Virus record (IMG/VR): IMGVR_UViG_3300045243_000055
Location: 1-61,432 of that record
Length of the DNA stretch: 61,432 nt
Direction: 5' to 3' (one strand)
From: a virus
Lineage: Duplodnaviria > Caudoviricetes
Part shown: in pieces, positions 19,576-28,811 of the stretch
How the letters are laid out: the number at the start of each line of letters is the position of its first letter
Position numbering within the stretch: the stretch's first letter is position 1
Made by a program: the position numbers and the translations under genes
The notes under the pieces: generated by a model
Databases searched by the model: none
The model's input: the letters and a program-made list of their open reading frames with translations, nothing else
What the model was told of the DNA's origin: nothing

Positions 19576-20347
19576 GGGATCGTCTCCAAACGTCGGGTTC
19601 ATCATCGGGCGAGGTAGCAACGCCGCACGACAGGGGTCGCGCCGGAATGAAACGCTTCCCTCGGCGGCATCGCCGAGATAAAGCGTCACATCGCCGAAAA
19701 CCTCGGTTCTCATCGGGATCGCATACCGTCGGCCACTCTTGGGTTGGGCCGGGCTCCCACCGGCCGCCGCCCGTCACGCTCTGCCATTGGCAGAGGCCGG
19801 AACGTCTGTGCGAAAGGCCGCCCGTCGCACCGGGGTTATCAGCGTCTTCACCTTATCGCTCAAGGGTCAGATCTCCCCTCGCTGCAGTGCGGCGCTGCTG
19901 TTCGCTTTCGCTCGCTCCTGCGCACTCTATGATGGCTCGACGTAGATCGCGGCCCATCTTGTGCGGCGGTCCTCGGTGGTCAGGTGACGCTGCACCTGTT
20001 CCATGCGCTCCCAGGCCGATTTGTCGGGCACGCGCGCCGGGGTCCATTGCAGACCGTAGCGCGCGACCAGTAGGCGGAACTCCGCGATGGCCTGTTCGCG
20101 GCTCATCGGTGGTTCGGGTTCGGCACGAGATAGCAGCGCCGCACCAGGGGCGTTGCCCCGGAGTGGAACGCCTCTGCCGGTTCGTTGTGGCAGACCATGT
20201 GGCCCGGCGGCAGCTTGACCGCCTCGCCCCAAACCGGGGGCGTTTTCAGTCGGCCGTACATGTCGAAATCGGTTGCCGGCGAACGGTCTTGCGCCGAGGC
20301 GCCGCCGGCCAGGCCGAGCATGGCGATCGCCGCCAACAGTGTGCGTG

Positions 20348-20920
20348 TCATGTGATGTGCTCCATTGCGGCGGCGAGCTTCACAGCCATCTCCGCCTCGG
20401 TGTTCAGGGGGTTGCTGTCGTCAATTTCCCAGCCGCCGGACGGGCTGAGGGCCGGCGCGAGCAGCGCGGTGGCCCGCTGGTTGCCGTAGCGGACGAGGGC
20501 GAAATACCCATGCCGCGCGGCGATGTCCGCCAGGTACGCGAGCAGCGCCGGATCGCGGAACGCCTCGGGACGCGCCGGATCGACCCACACCTGCACCGCC
20601 TGCATGGGCTTGCCATCGACGAGGATGGTCGACGTTAACGGATCGACGATGTAGCCGGCCCGGTCGGGCCGGCGCAGCGCGGCGGTGTCGGGGTCGAACA
20701 GCCAGCGGCACGACCAGACCGCGCAGGGCTCCGGGCGGCGATGGTAGATCGAGCAGCCGGTGGACCGGACATGCGGGCAGCGCACGCCGGCGGGCTTGAC
20801 CCCGGCCGGAAGCTCGACCGGAACCAGGGTGCAGCACGCGGTGCAGGAGCCGCATTGCCGCCCCCGCACGCGCTCGGCGCTGTAGATCGTCCAGCCGTCG
20901 GGTTCGGTGGCGGAGGTCAT
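20348..20920 (-). CDS. YkgJ-like cysteine-cluster protein
   Basis: CGSCTACC...RCPH..GCSIYHRRPEPC..WSCRWL. Confidence 0.75.
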   Translation of the reverse strand: MTSATEPDGWTIYSAERVRGRQCGSCTACCTLVPVELPAGVKPAGVRCPHVRSTGCSIYHRRPEPCAVWSCRWLFDPDTAALRRPDRAGYIVDPLTSTILVDGKPMQAVQVWVDPARPEAFRDPALLAYLADIAARHGYFALVRYGNQRATALLAPALSPSGGWEIDDSNPLNTEAEMAVKLAAAMEHIT

Positions 20921-21250
20921 GCCCCGTCCTCCGGTGGGAAGGTGACGGGCAGGCCCTTGGCCTCGATCCAGTCGCGCAGCTCCTTCCGCGCGGCGGCGAA
21001 CGCCTCCCATCGGTTCGCGCGGGCGGCCTCGGCGCACTTGGTCTGAAACGTCGCGACCGCGCCGAGCAGTTCGTCAATGGTGACGCTCATGGCATCCGCC
21101 CGTCGTTCGCGGCGATGACCTGGGCGGTGCTCGATGCTGTCGCAGACGCCCATCTCGCCGAAGTAAGCAGCCCACCGCCCGGGCGCCCGGCGGTCGCGTA
21201 TGAAGCGATCCCACCCGGCCTCAATGTATACTTCGGCTAGGTCGCGCATC

Positions 21251-21472
21251 TCAGCCATCGCTCGCCCCTGCCTCGGGCTTCTGATCCAGCGGCGTTGCAC
21301 GCCACAAGACCGATCGGCCGCCCTCGCCGCAGGACGGGCAGCGTAGCGTCCTGATGTGGGCGCTCCAGGTCGAGACAGCCACCATGAGGGGCTGCCAGCC
21401 ATCCCACCAATGGCCGCACGCCTTGCAGGCACACCAGATCGGTTGCCAGGTCGGACGTGGCCACTCATCCAT
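21251..21472 (-). CDS. Small Zn-ribbon protein (paralog of 25758..25973)
   Basis: CKACGHWW...CPSCG; ends GASDG in the junction repeat. Confidence 0.65.
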   Translation of the reverse strand: MDEWPRPTWQPIWCACKACGHWWDGWQPLMVAVSTWSAHIRTLRCPSCGEGGRSVLWRATPLDQKPEAGASDG

Positions 21473-24400
21473 CGCTCGCTCCTGCCTGCCGGGGCGCGCC
21501 TCGCCTCGGGCACGACCAACCTCGGCATGTTGCTTCGGCACCTACCGGACAGATGCAGCCGATCGTGGATGGCTTTGGCGAATACGTGCAGGCGATGTGA
21601 TACGGCGTCGAGCCGCCGATGAAGCACAGGTCGCTGCCACGCACCGGCCTGCCGCAGAAGCCGCAGAGCGGCACCGTGCCGCAAGATGTCTCAGCCATCG
21701 CTCGCTCCTGCTCGCATCGCTCACAACGATCTTCGGGGAGTAAGTTGGCGCATCCATAGAATGCACCCTCGCAGCATCTTTGCATCGCTCGATCCTGCGT
21801 CATCAGTAGATGTCCCGCGCAACAACTTTGCCGCACCGGATGCAGCGTCGCCGCTGGAAGAACGGACCGTTTGTCTGCCACATCGACCACCGATGTGACC
21901 AAGGAAACCGACAAGCGCCCCGGGCGCCGATCTCAGCCATCGCTCGTTCCTTGCCGGGGTTAGAGCTTGCGCCAGAACGTCAAATTCTTCTCTGCCGCCT
22001 CGCGCGTATCGAACATTGACAGCCATGCTGGCTTACGGCCAGGCGCGTGGATCATGACAAGCCAAATGTCGTGTCCGTCTTCTTTGTCGATGTAGTAGCA
22101 GCTCATGGCGAGCGTCGCCTAAGTGGTGAGTCTGGATGAGTCCAGACCGGCAAAGCACACATGATCTTCCTGGCGATCTGATTGACCAGTCTATCGTTCG
22201 TCGCATCCTCCGATTGGCCGAGGACATCCAGAATGTCCCGAACGAAGGCTTCAATCTCACCTAGCCGGTCAGCCATCGCTCGCTCCTGCTGGCGCGGGTT
22301 CTTCGATTGTCATCACGCCCAGTGCAGTCATGCGACGGTCCCAACTCTTTCCGCATGTTCTGCACTCCATCATGGTGATGATCGCGGTGTCGTCGCCACC
22401 ACCAACGCGATTGCCGTGGCCATCATAGAGCGGACGCCATGGAACCCCGGTGGTGTATGACGCCCCTGGCGTGATGCGGCACTCGGACGGGTCGCGTTCA
22501 CAGCTTGGCGGTCGCATCGGCGTGTTCCTTCATCTCTGTAATCGGGAGCCGAAGATGGTGTTCTCCCGTCTGCGCCACATCGCGACACCGCTCCGCCCAA
22601 TCGCGATTAGCCTCGGCCTTCTCCCGGTCGGGTGGCTGCTTCGCCTCATGGTAGTTTGCGTATTGCTCGAACACCTTGGCGGCGGCCAGTAGTGCATTGC
22701 GCATCAGCCGGATCACCTCGCGCGTCTCAGCCATCGCTCGCTCCTGCCGCCTTGCAGCCGCACGGCCACTCCAAGGTAGTCTCGTCGATCGGCAGGCCGT
22801 CCCACTCGAAGCAGTAATGCCGCTCGCGGCCTGTCAGCACCCTGCCGCGCCAGAGCAGGCACTCAGCCACCCACTCAGGGTCGCTCAGGTCAACGCCTTC
22901 CATCGGCCATCTTCACGCAAATCCCGGTCGCTCTGTCTGTTGGGCGCACCATCACGGTTCTGTCCGCTTCCCGACGCAGATCAGCGCACACCTCAAGGGC
23001 AGCATGCGTCATCTCGGGCGGCAGGATTATCAGCCTGAGTAGCCGGTCGAGCGCATGGGCCACGTCGTTGAGTTCGCGCCGGGCAAGCTCGGTATAAACG
23101 AATGCCTCTATCGGCATGCCGGCTCTCCTGCGTCCGTATTTCGCCACCAGCGAAGCGCCGCCGACTGCATGCAGGCACAGTTGCGGAACGGCAGGCTGGA
23201 AACCCGACACGCATCCCGCCGGTCACAGCGGCGATCCGACGCGATCAGATCCCGCGCCGAGAATAGCTCGCCAATATCAGGCGTCGGGGCAACGTGCATC
23301 GGCCACCTCCTACAAACAGAGGATCGTGGTTGCGATAGCGACCAGCGACGCAGCGCACAGAGTGCCGTCCTCGATAGCTACTCTATTCCGCTCGGCCCGC
23401 CATGCCTCGCGGCACTGCGCCGAGAAATTTCCTGCCGCCACGCCCAGCACGAAGATCACGAAGTTCACGGCGAGCCAGTGCGGCATTAGCCACTCCTGCT
23501 GTCTTGCAGCGCAATTCGACCTAGGTCGGTAATCAGAAAATTGCTCTGCCCTATCAGACCACGATTATCCCGCCGGATCAGGCCGACTTGCTCCAACGCG
23601 ACCGCTAGCCTGTTATTGTGCCCAGCCACGCGACCGTGCGGGTTGCATGCCTCTCGTAGAAACTGGGTCTGACGGCTATCCAGCGTGGCAACGGTCGCCT
23701 CGGCTAGCACGCGGTGCTTCGCCTCGTGCCGGCTGGCTGCCGTGCCGCTGCTGGCCGGCGTAAGGTATCTGCACTCGCCCTCGATCAGCGGACCGACTGT
23801 GCCGAGCCACTTGGTGCGCAGCATCAGTTCCTCGTTGTCTCCGAAGCGCGTCCTGCGCCAGCGCGGCTGCGCTTCCCTAGCCATTGGCCACCCCTGTTTT
23901 GACGCTGACCTTCACCCAAATCACCTCGCCGCTCGCCGTTTTCTGCTGCACCCAATAGTGCGGCACGAAGATGATTTCCTGTGTCATTCCCGGCTCGAGC
24001 CATAGCTCGATCTCGATGTCATCCCCGTGCCATCGCAACAGCACGGCGCCGTCGCCGGACGGATTGATTGTCGGCGTGCGGGTGGTGATGGTGCGTGCCA
24101 TGCGCAGCGCGAGCGGATCGGGAGGTCGGCCGCCGTAGCTATCCCATCCCGGCTCTAGCGCGGCGAGTTCCGCCAGTCGGTCGGTCGTCTCAGTCATCGT
24201 TCGCTCCTGCGTCATAGCTGGCGGCGAGCCGAAAAATCCGGGGTGTCGTTCCTCGATGAACGCGATGATGCCCGCAGTGAGGCTGTCACCGATGAATAAG
24301 TCGTCGTCCGACCCGAAGTGCAGCTTGTCATAGAGATCGCGCACCGTTTCGCGCCAGGGGTTCTCGTCCGGCTCAGCCATGGTCGCTGGTCGTCCCCGGA

Positions 24401-25757
24401 GGGAGGGGTTGCGGGGGTGGCCGAGGCGGCAGGGTCGGAAGCTTCGTCATCGTTCGCTTCTCGTCTCAGTCCATCGGCTACTCCACTTGTTGCGTGTCTC
24501 AGCCATCACTCGCTCCTGCCTTATCGTCCATCGACAAACACCGCGAGTTCGTTCTTCACGACTGACAGCGCGGCATCCACAATGTCCATGACAAAGGGAT
24601 CGAACTCGTGCCCGTCTGATGGACGGCCATGCCGACGGTCGAACGCCGCGTAATAGCAGCGCCAGCGTAGGTTATCCGGGTGGCTGCGACCCATGTCGGG
24701 AACCCGCTGAATATCAGCCTCCTTAGCCATTGGCCGCTCCTGCGCGGTTCGACGGGTTCTTGCGTGGACAGTCCGGCCGCTCGCAGTCCTTGTTTGCACC
24801 CGGCGGACAGATGCAGCCGACCGGCACCAGTGGCACCATCGGTTGAAACGGCTGCTGTATCGGGATGTGATTCTCTCGCCACCAGGGCGGATTACCAGTC
24901 ATCGGTCGCTCCCCGATGCACCGTAAACAGCACACATCTTTCTGCTCGGTCATCGCTCGCTCCTGCTGTCATACGGCGGCAGCCATTTCCTCAATCTCCT
25001 CGATGCAATCGGACATGCCAGCTTGTGCCCATGAATTAGCAGACAGGTGCTTAATCACCACATCGTTGCAATCGGATAGCCAGGAGTGGAGGACGGCAGC
25101 AGCATCGAGAAGCGCCTGCCGCCTCGCTTCTTGCAATGCATCGCGCTCAGCCATCGCTCGCTTCTGCCCGCGTGCGCTTCCATTCCAGATACGCGCGATC
25201 AGCAGCGGTCGGTTCGGGCGGTAGAGACGCCCGGCACTTGGCACACCGGAGCGAGACGTGGTTGCTGATCGCGCCACAATCCAGACAGAGGATCTGCGGG
25301 CCATTAGGTATCAGATGCACCATCGGTGTCCTCCTCCATCAATCTGCAATCCGCCGGGCGCGGTCGCGCCAGCGCCTCGCGATCTGCACGGCACGGTCGT
25401 GCTCATCGGCCACTTCTTCAATCGGCAGCCGCGCGATCCGGCGGTAGGCTGCCAACTCGACGCGGTCGATGCCGAGCCGCAGGAGCGCGCCGAGCAGGAC
25501 GCCCACCCCCAGCGCGGCGAGCAGCGCGAGCGGCATCCAGACGGCGAAGCTGATGCACGTCTCAGCCATCTCTCGCTCCTGCGTCCGTCGTCTGTTGCCG
25601 GAGACCGAGGCGCTTCATCAGGTAGTAGTCGTGCGTGGCGTGGCATAGCTCCCAGCCGGCAGCACCCGCCTCGTTGAGCGCGACTAGATCACGGGGGATC
25701 AACTGATACTCCCATCGGATCGCCAGCGGTTCGCTACGGTATTGCCACATGGGATGA

Positions 25758-25973
25758 TCAACCATCGCTCGCTCCTGGCTTCTGATCCAGCGGCTTGGTG
25801 CGCAGCATGACCTTGCGGCGGTTGGCGCCACACGCCGGGCAATGAATGGTCTTGATGTGCGCGACCCAGGTGGCGATCGGGACCATGCACGGCTGCCAGT
25901 CGTCCCACCAATGGCTGCACGCCTTGCACGAGCACCATAACGGCTCCCAGGTCGGCTGAGGCCAGTCATCCAT
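25758..25973 (-). CDS. Small Zn-ribbon protein (paralog of 21251..21472)
   Basis: CKACSHWW...CPACG; ends PLDQKPGASDG. Confidence 0.65.
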   Translation of the reverse strand: MDDWPQPTWEPLWCSCKACSHWWDDWQPCMVPIATWVAHIKTIHCPACGANRRKVMLRTKPLDQKPGASDG

Positions 25974-26049
25974 AAGATCGCCTGCGGGTCATTACTGTCT
26001 CATCCCTGTAGACTCGGCCACCTCTGCGCAGTGCCGCTTGGTGCGCAGG

Positions 26050-26194
26050 TAGTTGCGTTGCGTAGCGTAGCGTAGCGCTGCGGAGCGAAGCGCTGCGAGG
26101 CGTGGCGATGCAATGCGGAGCGGGGTGTGGCGCTGCGATGCGTGGCGATGCGGAGAGGCGCGTAGCGGGGCGGCGCGACGCCGAGCGCTGCGGG
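26050..26194 (-). repeat. Phased pentamer array C (sense NN-CGC x28 plus one degenerate unit), candidate guide RNA
   Basis: Plus strand GCG-NN at exact 5-nt period from 26055; 24 of 28 triplets are GCG. Confidence 0.9.
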
Positions 26195-26204
26195 GTTGGG
26201 GATG

Positions 26205-26714
26205 TCATTTTCCTACTCGGCGTGGGCTGAGGCTTATCATCCACTCCACCGCGTTGAACGCCGGCAGGTCGTTCGACGTGCCGCGCGCGACCTTCTCGAT
26301 GCGCCGATGCGTCGCCCTCGCCAGAGCGTCGCGGGCGATCTCGCGGACAATCGAGTCGGTCGCAAAGCGGGCCTGCTGTTTGAGGTCAAGTTGCTCAAGC
26401 TCGACCACATCGGCCTGCCGCGCGCCAGCCGACAGCTTGTTGCGTGCCCCATTGAGAAACCAGTCGCGCTGCCGGACGACGATCTCGGCGTCATTCAGCC
26501 GGTAAAGGGCAACGGCGGGAGCGATGCAGATCCACACCTGGGCATGGTCACGTTCCAAGATCTTTCGCGCCGACGTGAGGTAGGTCGTGCGAGGCGTGAC
26601 GGTGATCCCGGCAATCGCCGTCAGGTCTTTGTAGTCGATCAGGGCTTCTTTCTCGTGCTGAGCGAGATACCTGACCAGACTGGCCGTGGTCTCCGATCGT
26701 TCAAAGGCTTTCAT
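26205..26714 (-). CDS. 169-aa hypothetical protein, candidate accessory factor of the RAMP/pentamer locus
   Basis: Lies between arrays B and C; N-terminal IDYKDLTAIAG..YLTSARKILE may be a winged helix. Confidence 0.7.
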   Translation of the reverse strand: MKAFERSETTASLVRYLAQHEKEALIDYKDLTAIAGITVTPRTTYLTSARKILERDHAQVWICIAPAVALYRLNDAEIVVRQRDWFLNGARNKLSAGARQADVVELEQLDLKQQARFATDSIVREIARDALARATHRRIEKVARGTSNDLPAFNAVEWMISLSPRRVGK

Positions 26715-26727
26715 GTGATCCCTTCAG

Positions 26728-26862
26728 GCGTTGCGTTGCGGGGCGGTACGTTGCGAGGCGATGCGCCGAGACGCGGGGCGTTGCGGCACGTGGCGATGCG
26801 TTGCGGGGCGTTGCGCTGTGGAGCGCTGCGTCGCGATGCGGTGCGTGGCGGTGCGCCGAGGC
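26728..26862 (-). repeat. Phased pentamer array B (sense NN-CGC x27), candidate guide RNA
   Basis: Exact 5-nt period; 22 of 27 triplets are GCG on the plus strand; fills the intergenic gap. Confidence 0.9.
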
Positions 26863-26866
26863 GACC

Positions 26867-27454
26867 TCATAGGCTCATGTTCTGCCATTCGATCTTGGTG
26901 ACGCGGAAGCGGCCGTTGGACCCACCGTTGCCGGCGCGGTAGCGGCCGATGCCAACGATCATCCCCGCGCTTTTCAGGTGGTCCTCAAAGACCTCCTGCG
27001 TGATGATGTCGTCAACGATGGTGAACTCGGCGACGCCGTGCCACTTGTCGAACACCGGGAAGCGACGCTTGACCCGCTTTCCCGATCCACGGACCCCGTC
27101 GGCATTGGCATTGATCTTCACCATGACCGCATTAGCCGGCGTCAGCGGCTTGCCGTTGCTGATCGGCATGTCGGAACCACAGATAACACCGCTGGTGAAG
27201 AAGCTCTTGTAGGTAGCGCCGCGTCGGCCCGGGATTTTTTGCCCGAGCTTCTGCGCAGCCAGATCGACGCATTGTTTCAGCGCCATCGCCGGGACGCAGA
27301 CCTGCCCCTTGTCGTTGACGGTGCATTTGCTGCGCCAAGTGCGCTCGTCGTAGTCGTCATGCGACTCGCGTTCCAGCTTCGGCTCTTCATGCTGGGCTGA
27401 TTGGCTGTAGGGCGAGCCAGGGATGTTCTCTAGGTAGGCTTTACAGATTCGCAT
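26867..27454 (-). CDS. Stand-alone Cas7/RAMP-like protein (195 aa)
   Basis: Start MRICK with GGAGAG RBS; VCVPAMALKQC resembles the Csm3/Cas7 IPGSSLKG motif; C-terminal G-rich loop GIGRYRAGNGGSNGRFRV. Confidence 0.7.
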   Translation of the reverse strand: MRICKAYLENIPGSPYSQSAQHEEPKLERESHDDYDERTWRSKCTVNDKGQVCVPAMALKQCVDLAAQKLGQKIPGRRGATYKSFFTSGVICGSDMPISNGKPLTPANAVMVKINANADGVRGSGKRVKRRFPVFDKWHGVAEFTIVDDIITQEVFEDHLKSAGMIVGIGRYRAGNGGSNGRFRVTKIEWQNMSL

Positions 27455-27469
27455 TGTTCTCTCCATTGG

Positions 27470-27604
27470 ACGTTGCGTTGCGAAGCGGCGAGCGGCGTTG
27501 CGATGCGCGGAGCGGCGGAGCGTTGCGTTGCGATGAGTAGCGAAGCGCTGCGATGCAGTGCGGGGCGGGGCGTTGCGATGCGCGGAGCGGCGCGACGCGG
27601 AGGC
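27470..27604 (-). repeat. Phased pentamer array A (sense NN-CGC x27), candidate guide RNA
   Basis: Exact 5-nt period; 19 of 27 triplets GCG, others GAG/ACG/GCA; directly upstream of the RAMP gene RBS. Confidence 0.9.
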
Positions 27605-27612
27605 GTCAGGTG

Positions 27613-27858
27613 TCACACGATCCCCCGGCTGCCGCGCACGGCGGCGAGTTCGAGGCGCAGTCGCTCGAGCGCGCGGCTGTAGCTGAACTCCTTGAGCCAG
27701 ACGGTGAACAAGTGCCCGCCGGCGTCGGGGTGGCGGTACTCGGCGAGTGCGTTGCTGCGCGGTTTGATCGCGGTGAAGCCGAGCCGGTCGAGTTCGGCGA
27801 GCAGTTCAGGCTGGCTGATCGCGCCGCGCCGCAGCGCGCGTTCGGTGTAGCTCAGCAT
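27613..27858 (-). CDS. Hypothetical protein
   Basis: MLSYTERALRRG start overlapping the end of the GcrA-like gene. Confidence 0.55.
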   Translation of the reverse strand: MLSYTERALRRGAISQPELLAELDRLGFTAIKPRSNALAEYRHPDAGGHLFTVWLKEFSYSRALERLRLELAAVRGSRGIV

Positions 27859-28304
27859 CCCGCATGGTCCTCCCGGCGGTCGCGCACCTTGACGTAGGAC
27901 AGCCGCGCATGGTCGGCGCAGTAGGACTTCCCGAGATCGCAGACCGCGTCGCAGAAGCGGAACGCGCGGGTGCCAGGCTCGCCGATCGGCCAGCAGCAGG
28001 TGATGGTCCGGAAGTGGGGCGGTGTCTTCGGAGCGGGCGGCTCCGGGGAAGGGGAGAGGGGTGCCAGTGTCGTCTTCGGCTGTCGCTTGGCGGGCGTCTC
28101 CGGAGGCGGCTTCGGTTTCTTGGTGAACTCGCCGCGCGCCGGCAGGCCGAGGCGGTTGCGCTTGCCGATCACGGCGTTCTTCGACACGCCCAGCAGCCTG
28201 CCGATCTTGCCCTGGCTGTTGGCGTATTTGCGGCCGTCTGCGGTGCGCTCGTACCACAGCGTCACCAGCCGCGCTTCCCGTTCGTCGCTCCACGGGTCGG
28301 CCAT
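27852..28304 (-). CDS. gcrA: GcrA-like cell-cycle regulator
   Basis: WSDEREARLVTLW..IGRLLGVSKNAVIGKRNRLGL and C-terminal CCWPIGEP..FRFC..SYCADH. Confidence 0.85.
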   Translation of the reverse strand: MADPWSDEREARLVTLWYERTADGRKYANSQGKIGRLLGVSKNAVIGKRNRLGLPARGEFTKKPKPPPETPAKRQPKTTLAPLSPSPEPPAPKTPPHFRTITCCWPIGEPGTRAFRFCDAVCDLGKSYCADHARLSYVKVRDRREDHAGC

Positions 28305-28549
28305 CAGTGCGCCTTCCTGCTGGTGCGCGGCGATGTCGGGGTGCCCATCTGGCGCACCGCCGTCGCGTGGGCGAACAGCATCACTGCGGCCTCGGCCTCG
28401 GTCATCACCGCCAGGACGCGGGTGCCGAGCGTGTCGGGCAGCAAGTCCACCGCTGCCTGCCAGATCGCCATGTGCGTCGCTGGATCCTGCGCACCGTCGA
28501 GCGGGAAGACGTCGCTGTCGACCAGCACCACCAGTGCGAGCTTGCTCAT
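28304..28549 (-). CDS. Hypothetical protein
   Basis: Overlapping start/stop junctions in the leftward operon. Confidence 0.5.
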   Translation of the reverse strand: MSKLALVVLVDSDVFPLDGAQDPATHMAIWQAAVDLLPDTLGTRVLAVMTEAEAAVMLFAHATAVRQMGTPTSPRTSRKAH

Positions 28550-28811
28550 GGCCGTGCTTCGCCTCGCGTGCGGGTGGCAGGCCTGGGCGGGGTCCGCTCG
28601 ACCGCCTGGACGACCTCGACCGCCGGCCAGTGGATGCGCCCGACCTCGGGCAGCGTCGCCGGCAATTCCGGCTCGGCGCCGTTGGTCGCCGGCACGGGCA
28701 ATTTCAGGCCCTCGGTGCCGCGTTCTTCCAGCAGCTTGCGCAGGTGGTCATAGACCGCCGCCGCCGGCAGCGCGTCGTCGACCGGGACGCGGACACGCAT
28801 CGTGGCGAATT

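Larger units (their letters stand above)
18074..25777 (-). repeat. Dispersed 20-bp cassette-junction repeat, consensus CAGGAGCGAGCGATGGCTGA (about 17 copies, some degenerate)
   Basis: Plus-strand TCAGCCATCGCTCGCTCCTG-like copies at 18074, 18686, 18824, 21251, 21465, 21691, 21933, 22269, 22727, 23877, 24190, 24499, 24723, 24946, 25147, 25562, 25758. Confidence 0.9.

Noticed and set aside
26050-27604. Pentamer arrays as a CRISPR array or simple microsatellite
   Set aside because: There are no 23-50-bp repeats with spacers, and variation is confined mainly to two fixed positions per unit with no indels, unlike slippage repeats
27455-27616. N-terminal extension of the 249-aa ORF, and ORFs 25966..26244, 26113..26505, 26196..26942, 27473..27682
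   Set aside because: These are translations through the pentamer arrays (ATQR/RCGA low-complexity); the RBS supports a start at 27454
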